Below are positions 1-11,300 of a stretch of 64,000 bases of DNA, in pieces. The position numbers and the translations under genes are program-made. Source of the DNA: an uncultured Poribacteria bacterium (GTDB lineage: Bacteria > Poribacteria > WGA-4E > WGA-3G); contig OX638351.1 of NCBI GenBank assembly GCA_951813565.1, positions 4,352,001 to 4,416,000 on the forward strand, read 5' to 3'. Numbering within the stretch: position 1 is the stretch's first letter; every line of letters starts with the position of its first letter. The notes beneath the pieces are model-generated. The model saw nothing but the letters and a program-made list of their open reading frames with translations, had not been told where the DNA came from and did no database searches.

Positions 1-2
1 CG

Positions 3-482
3 TATCTCAACGTTGACGGACTTCACCCAATATATTTTAGAAATCAACTTCAAGATAGAAAATATAGAGCTAAGGTGGAGATCAATTTTCGAGATAAGGA
101 AGCAGAATATGAGAAAATTTCACAAATTAACTCAAAAACCCCAGAGAAGCATGAGAAGAAAACATTAACGATACCAATCGGCACACAAGATGAACTTTCT
201 ATGCTCTACTTTCTCCGCCGTAAGCGGTTGGCACCAGGCAACACCTACTTTTTTCCATTAATTAGCAAAGGCAAAGTTATGAAAGTTCGCTTGAAAGTTG
301 AACGCGGAGATGTGTTAAAAACAAAGAGTTTAGGTGCTGTAAGAACACTTGTGGTGCAAACTTCTGAAGGTTCTCGGCTTTGGCTAACTGATGATTCGCG
401 CCATATCCCCGTGAGAATTGAAGCAGAGATGAAAGTTGGCAAAATGAAAGCAAACCTTGAGAAAATTGAATCTATAAGATAA
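3..482 (+). CDS. DUF3108-like protein, 5'-partial
   Basis: Frame is open from nt 3. It has TQDELSMLYFLR and a C-terminal LWLTDDSRHIPVRI pattern typical of DUF3108. Confidence 0.6.
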   Translation, partial: YLNVDGLHPIYFRNQLQDRKYRAKVEINFRDKEAEYEKISQINSKTPEKHEKKTLTIPIGTQDELSMLYFLRRKRLAPGNTYFFPLISKGKVMKVRLKVERGDVLKTKSLGAVRTLVVQTSEGSRLWLTDDSRHIPVRIEAEMKVGKMKANLEKIESIR

Positions 483-541
483 ACAGTTCGGTTATTAGGT
501 GCAATAAACACACGTAAAATTCAGTAACGCTTTTATCCTAT

Positions 542-1050
542 TATAACCCAAGTTGCTACCTATATCGCGAATGCTCTTGTAGGAGGGGTTTCTAACCCCG
601 ATTTAAAAAAGAAAGCATAAGAATTAGCTGGAAATCCTTGTTTTTCAGTAAAAAGCAATGTCTACAAGCTTGAAATCTTGTCCGTAGCAACTTAGGTTAT
701 TATAGTGGATTTTACAATTAACTGGACATTGCCACTCGGACGGACAAGTGTTCTACAGTTTTAAAGTCGCGACCTGCGAATCAACGCCAAATGCGCTTTT
801 GGCATTTGGCGGGTCGCTACTACAGGAAGAGGCGCAATGAATTGCGCTTGGTGTTCTCCGCGTTTTCCGCGATTCAGACAGAAAAAAGATCAAAAGTACC
901 GAATTAAAAAATTAATCTTCATTTAGTTTGTGCACTATTAGACGCAAACTAAAAGTTTACGCTACGATATTTCGCGTATAATGCAAATTTCTTGATCAAA
1001 AATGGTGTCTACAGATCTAAAATCTTGTCCGTAGCAACTTAGGTTATTAT
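542..1050. repeat. MITE/REP mosaic
   Basis: Inverted ends TAACCCAAGTTGCTAC and GTAGCAACTTAGGTTA; the right end occurs twice (~660-703 and ~1006-1050). Contains GTAG hairpins and an AATCAAC module at 779-810. Confidence 0.7.
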
Positions 1051-1089
1051 GTAGGTGTAATCCCGCTACCGAGCAACAAGGAACAGTTT

Positions 1090-4000
1090 GTGCAAGAGTT
1101 TTTACGAAGAACGAAAGATTATCAGAAACTGATTGAATGCCTTAAGAATGGAGAAAACCCTCCGTGGCTCAGAGGGTTACGCAACGCTTCAACTTCCTAT
1201 TTCTTGGCGAGTCTAATAGAAGATTTCCCAAACAAATCTTTCCTTATCGTTTTTCCTTCACACCGCGAAGCAGAACAGGTACTGGAAGAGGTGCGCGCGT
1301 TCCAAAACTGCAATTTAGAACATAGGAATGCTGCACCGACTGATCCACATACCGACCTATTTCTTTTTCAGGCGTGGCAGAATACGCTATTTGAAGGTGC
1401 CTCACCAACCAAAAATATTTGTGTTGATCGAATGCGGTGTCTTTATAGTCTTATTACAAAAAATAGTAGTGCAGACGCGTTTGATGCTTCACTAGCTACA
1501 CCACAAAGTGTTGTGTTCACAACGATTCGTGGATTATCTTATAAACTTCCATTACGTAAAACATTAGCCGCAGCGTGTCAAACCTTTAAAATCGGTGATG
1601 AGATAGAATTGCATGAACTAATTGCCTTTCTTATTCGCAGCGGATACCGACAAGTGGAACTGGTTGAAGTAAAGGGAGAATTCGCACACAGAGGCGATAT
1701 TTTAGATATATATCCGCTCACTTCCGATGCTCCTATCAGGCTCGATTTTTTTGGGGATGAACTTGATGAGATTCGTCTGTTTGACCCGACTTCGCAAGTT
1801 TCAATAGAGCAGCAGCCTTCAGTTGTTATCACACCGATGTCAGAAGTATGTCTCGCTGACATCTCCATGCCACATTGGAAATCACAAACTGAACGACTGA
1901 TGAAGCAAACTGCCAATTCTCCCGATTTTATCAATTCCATTCGGGAAATGACACACCTGTTAGAGGACAGTCTCAAACGGGTAAAATCAGATAGCATAAA
2001 TGTAATTGACGAACCTCCAGTGGAAATTGACGGAGTTGAAGCATTCTTACCGATGCTATTCCCGCAAACAGAGATGTTGACGGATTATCTACCAGATGAA
2101 ACGATTGTTTTCATGGTTGAGCCTCGATGGCAAACACGAGAAGCGGAACAGATGCGTGAGCAACTACAGGAAATATATGATAGAAAATTGGCAGAAGGAA
2201 AATTAATGCCTACACTTGATAGTTTGCTGGTGCCTACTGATACACTTCAATCCGAATTAGAAAACTATCCGAACATCTCTATCTCTTTAGCGTCTCCCAC
2301 GACCGATCAAGAAAATAAAAAGATACCCGTTGACGCCAATCAGTCCACGGACACCTTGGAACTCCATTTTGATATGCAGTCGCTCGGACACGGTAGAGGC
2401 AACTACCAGATGGTTATTGACTATATCAAAAGGTGGACAACTAAAGGATATTTCGTTAACGTATTCTGCGAAACACCACAGCAGGCAAAACGGGTCTTAG
2501 AGATGTTAATTGAGCGCGATTTACCACCTGAGCAAATTTCTGTATCTGTAGGCTTTATCTCTGAAGGCTTTTTGAGTGAATTCCTCAAGCTTGTTGTCAT
2601 TTCAGAAAATGAAATTTTTGGTAATCGTCAGCGGCGAGCCGTCTCATCAAAACGATACAAAAACGGGGCACCACTTCTAAGTCTCGTAGATATGAAAGTG
2701 GGCGACTACGTCGTTCATGTTTCTCACGGTATAGGGATTTATGAAGGTATTCGCCGCATGGATATTGATGGGCAATCTCAGGATTTTCTTATCCTTAGAT
2801 ACAGGGAAGCGGACAAACTCTATGTACCAACTTACCAAGTTGATCTGGTGCAAAAGTATATTGGAAACAAAGACGAGTCATACCAACCGAGCATAGACTA
2901 TCTCGGTGGTAAATCTTGGGAAAAGAAAAAAGGACGTGCAAAAGCTGCCGTTGAAGAAATGGCAGGTGAACTCCTTAAACTATACGCTGCTCGTCAAGCT
3001 AACAGAGGTTATAGTTTTCCGACAGAAGTGCCGTGGGAAGGCGAATTTGAAGCACTTTTTCCTTTCCAAGAAACAGATGACCAACTTCAAGCCATTGAAG
3101 ATGTTAAAGCCGACATGGAGACTGAAAGACCAATGGATCGGCTTATCTGTGGGGATGTTGGATACGGTAAGACAGAAGTAGCATTACGCGCCGCTTTCAA
3201 AGCAGTAATGGCAGAAAAACAGGTTGCACTGCTTGTCCCGACAACTATTCTTGCTTTGCAACACTACGACACCTTTGAAAAACGTTTCAAACCGTTTCCT
3301 ATTCATGTTGAAATGTTAAACCGTTTTCGCAGCCAAAAGGAGATAAAATCGGTTAAAGAAAAACTTGAAAAAGGGACCGTCGATATCGTCATCGGCACTC
3401 ATTCCTTACTTTCCGATACTGTCTCTTTTGACAACCTTGGACTACTCATCGTTGACGAAGAACATCGCTTCGGCGTGAAACACAAAGAAAAAATCAAGCA
3501 GTATAAAGAGACTGTAGATGTTCTCACACTTACGGCTACACCGATTCCACGTACTTTGCACATGTCTCTTGTCGGCATAAGAGATTTCAGTATCATCAAC
3601 ACGCCACCAGCCAATAGATTGCCAATTCAAACGCATGTCCTGCCTTACAATTCTAAGGTTATCCGAGACGCAATAACGAATGAATTAACAAGAAACGGAC
3701 AGGTATTTTTTGTCCACAACCGTGTCCAGAATATCGCTATTATTGCCAAAACCATTCAAGAACTCGTTCCACATGCACGTGTCGCTATTGCTCACGGGCA
3801 AATGCCGGAACGTGAGTTAGAAAGTGTTATGTTAGAGTTTGTCCGCCACAAACATGATATCCTCGTTTGTACTATGATTATTGAGTCCGGATTAGACATT
3901 CCTAATGTTAATACCATCATGATAAATCGGGCGGACGCTTTCGGATTAGCACAGTTATATCAACTCCGCGGTCGAGTTGGACGTGCCGATGAACAAGCTT

Positions 4001-4695
4001 ATGGCTATCTTTTCTATCCACAGGATAAACCGATTACTGAAGGTGCACAGAAACGGCTCCGTGTCATAGAAGAGTTTACGGACCTCGGCTCCGGTTTTAA
4101 AATCGCTTTGAGAGATTTAGAGATAAGAGGGGCAGGGAACATCCTCGGTGCACAACAACATGGACATATCACAAATGTTGGTTATGAACTCTACTGTAAG
4201 CTGCTTGATGAGGCTGTCCGAAAATTAAAAGGTGAAAAAGTTGAAGAAGAAATTGAAATCAGTATCAATTTACCTATTGAAGCATTTCTTCCTGACGACT
4301 ATATTCCTGACAGTCGACAAAAAATTTCTATCTACAAGAAAATTTCTGCTCTAAAAACTGATACAGATAAACATGAACTCACCAACGAACTTAAAGACAG
4401 ATATGGAGATATACCAGAACCTGTTGAGATGTTGCTTGAAATCTCAAGTATCAAACAACTCTGTCAAAAACTCGGTATTACAGCCATTGTCGCGGGAGGT
4501 AATCGGATTAAAGTGACCTTTGATGAACACAACCCCCGAATAGATGTGACCCAGTTCGTTGAGGCAGTTCATAAAAACCCACAACTTGAATTACGCCCAC
4601 CAGCACAACTGATGGTTGGTATAGAAAATTTAACTGGAAAGAAGTTATTAACCGAATTGCAACGAATTTTAAATATATTTGTTGTATCTGATTGA
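1090..4695 (+). CDS. mfd: Transcription-repair coupling factor
   Basis: UvrB-like N-terminus, CarD/RID ([12 protein letters not shown]), [23 protein letters not shown] and TRCF C-terminus. Confidence 0.97.
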   Translation: MQEFLRRTKDYQKLIECLKNGENPPWLRGLRNASTSYFLASLIEDFPNKSFLIVFPSHREAEQVLEEVRAFQNCNLEHRNAAPTDPHTDLFLFQAWQNTLFEGASPTKNICVDRMRCLYSLITKNSSADAFDASLATPQSVVFTTIRGLSYKLPLRKTLAAACQTFKIGDEIELHELIAFLIRSGYRQVELVEVKGEFAHRGDILDIYPLTSDAPIRLDFFGDELDEIRLFDPTSQVSIEQQPSVVITPMSEVCLADISMPHWKSQTERLMKQTANSPDFINSIREMTHLLEDSLKRVKSDSINVIDEPPVEIDGVEAFLPMLFPQTEMLTDYLPDETIVFMVEPRWQTREAEQMREQLQEIYDRKLAEGKLMPTLDSLLVPTDTLQSELENYPNISISLASPTTDQENKKIPVDANQSTDTLELHFDMQSLGHGRGNYQMVIDYIKRWTTKGYFVNVFCETPQQAKRVLEMLIERDLPPEQISVSVGFISEGFLSEFLKLVVISENEIFGNRQRRAVSSKRYKNGAPLLSLVDMKVGDYVVHVSHGIGIYEGIRRMDIDGQSQDFLILRYREADKLYVPTYQVDLVQKYIGNKDESYQPSIDYLGGKSWEKKKGRAKAAVEEMAGELLKLYAARQANRGYSFPTEVPWEGEFEALFPFQETDDQLQAIEDVKADMETERPMDRLICGDVGYGKTEVALRAAFKAVMAEKQVALLVPTTILALQHYDTFEKRFKPFPIHVEMLNRFRSQKEIKSVKEKLEKGTVDIVIGTHSLLSDTVSFDNLGLLIVDEEHRFGVKHKEKIKQYKETVDVLTLTATPIPRTLHMSLVGIRDFSIINTPPANRLPIQTHVLPYNSKVIRDAITNELTRNGQVFFVHNRVQNIAIIAKTIQELVPHARVAIAHGQMPERELESVMLEFVRHKHDILVCTMIIESGLDIPNVNTIMINRADAFGLAQLYQLRGRVGRADEQAYGYLFYPQDKPITEGAQKRLRVIEEFTDLGSGFKIALRDLEIRGAGNILGAQQHGHITNVGYELYCKLLDEAVRKLKGEKVEEEIEISINLPIEAFLPDDYIPDSRQKISIYKKISALKTDTDKHELTNELKDRYGDIPEPVEMLLEISSIKQLCQKLGITAIVAGGNRIKVTFDEHNPRIDVTQFVEAVHKNPQLELRPPAQLMVGIENLTGKKLLTELQRILNIFVVSD

Positions 4696-4755
4696 ACTAT
4701 TTTATATGCGTGAGGTATAATAACACCTCAGCAAAATTGAAAGGAGAATTCCAAA

Positions 4756-5733
4756 GTGAAAAAATCTATTATTGTTGTGGCAGCAGTTGTTGCAACCTGT
4801 CTGCTCACTTGGTCTCTTGTCCGCTCCGACAACCACAAATCTGCTGAAGAACAGGTTGACAATAGCCAAATCATTATAGCAGAGTACAAGTGGGGTGGTG
4901 AACTTCACCAAATTTCTCTTGCTGAATTGGAAGCAGCTATTGCTGAATTGCCAACCTACCGCCAGCGAAATTATGCTACTAAAGCGGGGAAAGCAGAATA
5001 CTTAGAGGATTATATCGATGAAAGACTCAAACTGCTTCAAGCTACAGATGCTGGCTTTGATAAACTCCTCGAACATCTCCAAAAATTAGATGATTATACC
5101 CATCAACTCATGGTAGAAAAGCTCACTGAAGCGGAAGTTGATGCTAAGGCGACTTATACTGATGATGACCTCATGGCATTCTATGATGAACACAAAAGTG
5201 AATACATTGAAGAAGCAAAAGTGCGCGCCACCTGCATTACTCTTGATGATGAAGACTTAGCTAATGAAACTTTGGATCAGATTAAAGCTGGAACAGACAT
5301 CGTTGAGATGGCAAAGAAACTTTTTGAGGAAAAGAAATTGGCGAATGGCCCTGGCAGTGCAAGTGAAGAGGATCCTGGTAATACATTCTTCTTTGGCAAA
5401 AGTGCACCGCAGAGTTGGTCTGAATTTATTGAGGAAGTTTTTGAAATGGAAATCGGAGATATGACCGATTCCGTTTTTGAAACGGATGTCAATGATACAA
5501 CATATTACCTCATTTTCCGTAAAGAGGAACATCAACCAGAACGCCAAAAGGAATTTGAGGAAGTCAAATCCGACATTGAACGGAAAGTTCAACGAGAGAA
5601 GAAACGCGCCCGCATTCTTGAATGGGTTGAAGAAATCTCTCTGGTAGCGAAACTAAAAACTTACCCTGAGAACATTCCTGCTCTGGTCCAGCCAGAAACA
5701 GCGGAAGAGAAATCCGATACGTCTGAGGAGTAG
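4756..5733 (+). CDS. Exported PrsA/PpiC-like parvulin-fold chaperone (degenerate active site)
   Basis: Signal peptide, helical chaperone domain, FYDEHKSEY...VRATCI, FEEVKSDIE. Confidence 0.75.
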   Translation: MKKSIIVVAAVVATCLLTWSLVRSDNHKSAEEQVDNSQIIIAEYKWGGELHQISLAELEAAIAELPTYRQRNYATKAGKAEYLEDYIDERLKLLQATDAGFDKLLEHLQKLDDYTHQLMVEKLTEAEVDAKATYTDDDLMAFYDEHKSEYIEEAKVRATCITLDDEDLANETLDQIKAGTDIVEMAKKLFEEKKLANGPGSASEEDPGNTFFFGKSAPQSWSEFIEEVFEMEIGDMTDSVFETDVNDTTYYLIFRKEEHQPERQKEFEEVKSDIERKVQREKKRARILEWVEEISLVAKLKTYPENIPALVQPETAEEKSDTSEE

Positions 5734-5766
5734 TTCCGTAGCATTACCTTAAAGGAGGTAGCATTA

Positions 5767-6741
5767 ATGAAAAAATATACTTATATCCGCTTCATCTTAT
5801 TACTCCCTATTCTTGCCGCACTTCCGTTCTTATATAGTTGTGGCGACAAAGCAATTGGTGCAGATGGAACTGTCATCGCTGAATTTGAGTGGGACGGGAA
5901 ACAGCGAATCACACTTGAAGAAATGATGCAGGAAATCAGCGAACTTCCTGAATACAAACAACGTCAATATCAAGACAAAGAGGGGCTTGAAGAATACATG
6001 ACCCTCATGGCTGAAAGCCGTTTAATCCTTTGTCTTGCCAAAGACCGGAAACTCAACGAAGATCAGGAAATTCTCAAAAAGGTCAAGGATTATCTTCACG
6101 ATTTAATGATTGATAGGATCACGGAACGCGAAGTTGACAGCAAACTTATCTTGTCAGAAGATGATTATCAGGCATATTATGATACGCATAAAGAGGATTA
6201 CGTCCGTCCGGAACAAGTCCGATTATTGTGCCTCACGCTTCTGGATAAAGAACGCGCCGATGAAGTTTTTGCTGAAATCAAAGCAGGTAAAGACATTGCA
6301 GTTGTCGCGCAAGAGCTGTCTGATAGAGGTGAATTGGTGGGACCTGGTGCTAATCCTGCATCCCCTGGTGACACTGACTATATTAGCAAAAACTCTTATC
6401 CGCCGGGAACAGAACCGTTTATGGATGCTGCCTTCAGTGCAGAAGTTGGTTCACTCCATCCATCAGTCATTGAAGTTGAAGTGCAAGGTGAAAAATACTA
6501 TATGATGTTCCGTAAAGAAGATGGGAGGGATGCACATCAGAGACCCTTTAGTGAAGAGGATGTGCGTAAAAACGTAATAAGAAAAGTTGAACGAGAACGT
6601 CGGGATGCCCTGATGAATGCGTGGATCTCGCAACTCCGGGAACGTGCCGAAGTAAAAACCTTTATTGACCGCATTCCGGAGGATAAACCTCCTGAAGAGG
6701 AATCTGAGAATCCATCCGAACAGACATCACCTGAGGAATAG
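5767..6741 (+). CDS. PrsA/PpiC-like lipoprotein, paralog of the upstream gene
   Basis: Lipobox LYSC, YYDTHKEDYVRPEQVR, FMDAAFS; collinear with 4756-5733. Confidence 0.75.
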   Translation: MKKYTYIRFILLLPILAALPFLYSCGDKAIGADGTVIAEFEWDGKQRITLEEMMQEISELPEYKQRQYQDKEGLEEYMTLMAESRLILCLAKDRKLNEDQEILKKVKDYLHDLMIDRITEREVDSKLILSEDDYQAYYDTHKEDYVRPEQVRLLCLTLLDKERADEVFAEIKAGKDIAVVAQELSDRGELVGPGANPASPGDTDYISKNSYPPGTEPFMDAAFSAEVGSLHPSVIEVEVQGEKYYMMFRKEDGRDAHQRPFSEEDVRKNVIRKVERERRDALMNAWISQLRERAEVKTFIDRIPEDKPPEEESENPSEQTSPEE

Positions 6742-6831
6742 ATTCTCAACGAAGTGATGTCAGATAGTACGGGCGGCACCACACTAACCGCCCGTCTTAC
6801 TTTTATAGACTCTCAAAATTGGAGGCACTTT

Positions 6832-8163
6832 ATGAAACCCAAAACAGTTGTTATTGTGCTGCTAATTGTGCTTCTCATCTACAGCGGCGTTACACCTACT
6901 ATCGCGAAGATATTTGATGAAATAATCGCCTATGTTAACGATGATGTTATCACCAAACGACAACTTGACACCTTGGTTAAGCAATATGCATTTGAACTCC
7001 AGCAAATTCACCGATACACCGAAACTGAAGCACTTAAAGAAGCTGAAAAGGAGCGTGCTCAAACACTCGACAGACTTATTCGGCAAAAGTTATTGGTGGA
7101 AGCTGCCCTAACGCTGAAAATCCAAGTTCCTGATGCTGAGATTGAGGAATATATCCAAAATTTTAAAACGAAGTACCAGATTGCAACAGACGATGAGTTT
7201 AAACGACTGCTTAACCAAGACGGACTCACCGTTATAGCATTTCGTGAACAAATTCAACGGAATCTGATGACAGAAAAACTGGTTATGGGGAGAATCTTAC
7301 CAAGGCTCCAAGTGCGCGATAGTGATATTCAAAAATTTTTTGAAGAAAACCGAGACCAACTTCCAACTAAAGCTGATAGAGTTAGTTTGCGACATATATT
7401 CATTGCTTTTAAACCAACAGAAGTTGACCGAAAAATTGCATCTGACGAAGTGACTCAAGCACTTGAAGAAATACAATCAGATAAAACACAATTTGAAGGT
7501 ATAGCGCGCCGCATCGCCTCAAAACATAATTTAAATGCTGAAGCAGGGTCTCTTGTTGAGACTACTCCATCTGAAATACTTTCACTTCCCGATGCGTTCT
7601 TGACTGTCCTCGCCAAACTCAAAGCAGGGGAAGTCAGCGAAGCAACTGAAACGTCTGATGGCATCCATGTTTTCATAGTTGAAACTCGAACTGATGAGAA
7701 AATTTCGTTTCGACATTTGACTGTTCCATTCCTATTCAGCGAGGAGACTTTACAGGCTGCGCGTGAACGAGCGACGGAAATTACACAAAAATTGGAAGCA
7801 GGGGAAAATTTCATTGCCATTGCTAAAGAACATTCTGATGATATGGAAACTCGCGAAAAAGGTGGCGACTTTGGGGTTCATACCCTAACTGAGTTAAATC
7901 CAAAAATTCGGGAAGCCGTCCAATCTCTTGAGGTTGGAAAATATAGCAAGCCGCTTGAAACCGAAGTTGGTCTTTATATTTACAAAGTTGATGATCGCAA
8001 AACGCCTGAGTTGACTCAGCAAGAGAAGCAGCAAATTATCGGTATTCTACGTCAGCAACTTTTTGAAAAAGAATATGCTGCTTATACGGACTCGCTCCTT
8101 GAAAACGCCTATATCAAAATCAAACAGGACGCGGTGCCAACACCTGATGCTAAAGACAAATAA
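6832..8163 (+). CDS. surA: SurA-like chaperone with two parvulin domains
   Basis: GGAGG RBS before ATG 6832; DEIIAYVNDDVIT SurA N-terminus; LRHIFI, AKEHSDD...GGDFG. Confidence 0.8.
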   Translation: MKPKTVVIVLLIVLLIYSGVTPTIAKIFDEIIAYVNDDVITKRQLDTLVKQYAFELQQIHRYTETEALKEAEKERAQTLDRLIRQKLLVEAALTLKIQVPDAEIEEYIQNFKTKYQIATDDEFKRLLNQDGLTVIAFREQIQRNLMTEKLVMGRILPRLQVRDSDIQKFFEENRDQLPTKADRVSLRHIFIAFKPTEVDRKIASDEVTQALEEIQSDKTQFEGIARRIASKHNLNAEAGSLVETTPSEILSLPDAFLTVLAKLKAGEVSEATETSDGIHVFIVETRTDEKISFRHLTVPFLFSEETLQAARERATEITQKLEAGENFIAIAKEHSDDMETREKGGDFGVHTLTELNPKIREAVQSLEVGKYSKPLETEVGLYIYKVDDRKTPELTQQEKQQIIGILRQQLFEKEYAAYTDSLLENAYIKIKQDAVPTPDAKDK

Positions 8164-8253
8164 CATGTGATTCGTTTGAACAAAGACTTGTGAAGAAGAA
8201 CGAAGATATTTTACCTATCATAGCCAAATCCAAAAATATGTGGACATCTTCTC

Positions 8254-8280
8254 GTAGGCGCGGTTTGAAACCGCGCCTAC
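8254..8280. repeat. GTAG-type REP palindrome
   Basis: GTAGGCGCGGTTTGAAACCGCGCCTAC is a perfect inverted repeat around a single central base. Confidence 0.8.
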
Positions 8281-8336
8281 CGCAGCATATAGACAATTAC
8301 AAGCTTTCCTATAATAAAATTACTCAACCCATAGTA

Positions 8337-11300
8337 ATGTTGCTGCAGAAACTTTCAATGGCCCACACAATAATCGAGAAAAAACACCCCATTAACGGAT
8401 TTCTACGTGTCATACAGTTGGCAATCGTTCTTTTTACTTGTCTATTTTCCCCGCTACAGTGGAGCAGTGCGCAAGTTCCAGAGACCTCAGCACCGGAAGT
8501 TTTGGAAGAAACTAATACCCAGGATGCGAATAAAACTTCCAATTCCATAAAAGAAGTCCTAAATCCTGAAACGATGACTCCTGCGCCAGACACAGTCATC
8601 GGAGATGGAAAGAAAGTCATTTTACAAGATAACTTTGTTCAAATTCATGGAGATGCCCTCATCAAATATGAAGATGTCGTGTTGCGAGCAGACCACGTGT
8701 GGGCAGATTTCAATGATAATTTAATGCGTGCTTCGGGGAACGTGTATCTTAAAGTAGGTAATGAGGAGACTTATTCTGATGAACTTGTTTTTAACCTTGA
8801 AACCAAAAAAGGAATTGCTCGAAACGGCTATACGTTTAGCGATCCGTGGTACTTCGGTGGAAGTGAAATTTTCAAAATAGAGGACAAAAGATCTTATATC
8901 CGCGGTGGGACACTAACGACCTGCTCCCTGAAATATCCCCACTACCATTTTAGCGTCTCTGAAGTGATTGTCCGAATGAATGAAGAAATGATTGCAAAAA
9001 ACATTGTTTTGCATATCGGTGGTGTTCCTCTTTTCTATTTTCCCGCCATTCGGCGCGATTTACGTAAAGGCAAGGTAGCAAAAATTATTGTCAGGGTTGG
9101 CACAGATAGCTACCAAGGCCCTAACATTGGTATCATCTTACCTATAGCACGTAAAAGACGGTACGACGGGGCGTTAATATATGACAGGAGCGCACGAAGG
9201 GGTCAAGGATTCGGATTTGAGGGAAAATACCGCTTTAGTGATACGCAGTTTCGCGAAATTCATATTCCACTGCCACCTAATGCTACGCCTGCCCAACGTA
9301 CAAAACTGCAAGAAAAAGCGAAAGAGATATATGATCGGCTTGAAGGGGATTACGATAGATATTGGCTAAAACAACTCTTTCTGGAATATAAAATCAATGA
9401 CGAAGATACTAACCGGGCAAAAGAAAAAGCCGAAAGTATCCTCAAGCAACTCAATGATGAAAATGCCGACTTTTCACAACTCGCTCAAAATGAATCTAAC
9501 CACTCAGAGACGCGTTACGATGGTGGCGATATGGGATACCTTGCACGAGGCGAGACAGATAAAGAAGGGAAACCGATACTTGATCCGATCATGGAAGAAG
9601 CAGCGTTTGCTCTTAAGGAAGGTGAAATTAGCAGCGTTTTAAAAACTGAATCTGCTTTCCATGTTCTCAAAGCTGAGCGTGTGCTTGACATCTATGGTGA
9701 ACGTGAGATCAAACTCCGCCGTATTGATATTGCCATAACTGCAAGCACACAAACACAAGATGAAGTTCGTGAAACCGCTGAAAAAATTCACGAACGCGCA
9801 CTCGCTGGCGAAACATTTGAACAACTTGCCGCTGAATTTACTGAGGCAAAATTGTCTGAAATTAATGAAGGTAATGGACTACCCCTTAACGAGATGGATT
9901 CTGGGTGGCGATATTCTGTCCGACGTTTGGAAAAACCTGGGGATATTACCGAACGCCGCCCTGTTTTTTCACCGGAAGGTCTTTACATCTTCCAATTAGT
10001 CAAAAAAGAGAAAACACCTACATTTGAGGAACTCGCCGAACAGTTTGAATCGGAATGGAAAACTTTTGAAGCAGAGGTATTAGCAACACCCAGCAAAGAC
10101 GAAAAAACAACCACTTCCGATAAAACTAAAGATACCAGTGATGCAGAAAGTATGCCGCCACCTATAGAAAACGAAAATGATGGAAGTAAAACCTCTACTC
10201 AAGTAGAAACAGTTGAAGATGAAACCACTGAACAGGAAAATACTACGGATGAAGAAGAGGAAGAGTTTGAAGTCTACAAAAAACACGGATATCGCGGACG
10301 GTGGGAAGATCCGCGGCAGGTCGCATCAGAAGCACAAAATCTATATGCTGGAGAATATAGCCGCGTAATTAACACAAAAAAATCATTTCGTCTTATTAAG
10401 GTTGATAAGAAACGCACCTATCGCGGTGATTTTTATTTTTACGGTGCAGATGAATACTCCTTTAGCAGACAGGACGCATCTCGAATCGGTAGACGTTGGA
10501 ATATGCGGTGGGGACACAGGCAATCCTTCTATACACCTTGGGATAGTCGACAGGCAGGACGACGCCCACTGAGTTTTGTTGGACGAACTGAGTGGCGCGC
10601 TCATACCTACAAAAAGGATTTAAAGCTCCAAAATGAATCCACACTTAATTCTTTTGGAATAATTACCTATGGCTCTGCCCTGTCTGCAGCGAGTGAAAAA
10701 GACGTTGACGAAGATGGAAATCTAACATATTCACGAGAAACCATCGGCGATATTACCAGTAGGCTTGAAGTACGACACGTTCAAGATTTTTCAGGTCAAG
10801 GGACGACTGCGCTCCAAAAACTGCCGCAATTTACGCTTAACTTTTCACGAATGCGGTTTAGCAGACTCCCAGTCTTTGAAACAATCAACGATGGCATGGT
10901 ATTCGTAGCCGAAAAAGTAAAATCCGATAAGCCTTTCCTCTCACTTCTCGCTTTTCCAACACTTGAAGATACCAGCTTCGATATGGATATTGAGTTCGGA
11001 AACTTCTATAGACAAACCTATCGAAGTAAACACGGTGAAGAAAATAACGTTTTTCTTCAGACTCTTGACTTAGGGTTTGACCTACGCAAGCAAGCAAACG
11101 TATTTATTACCCCTTTACGCGAGTTGAAATTAAATGCAAGTTTAAACACAAACGCTATCTGGCACGCCAAAGACCAAGACAAAAATAGAAACATTATACG
11201 TGGAGTTTACAGTGTGAGAGCGCAAGCTACCAATACGCTCTTCCGAATCTACAATACCAGATTCATACCAGGTGTCCGAAAATTACGTCATGAACTGCAA

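Noticed and set aside
8190..8336. N-terminal extension of LptD
   Set aside because: It reads through a REP/MITE-like segment; the signal-peptide-like region lies downstream.
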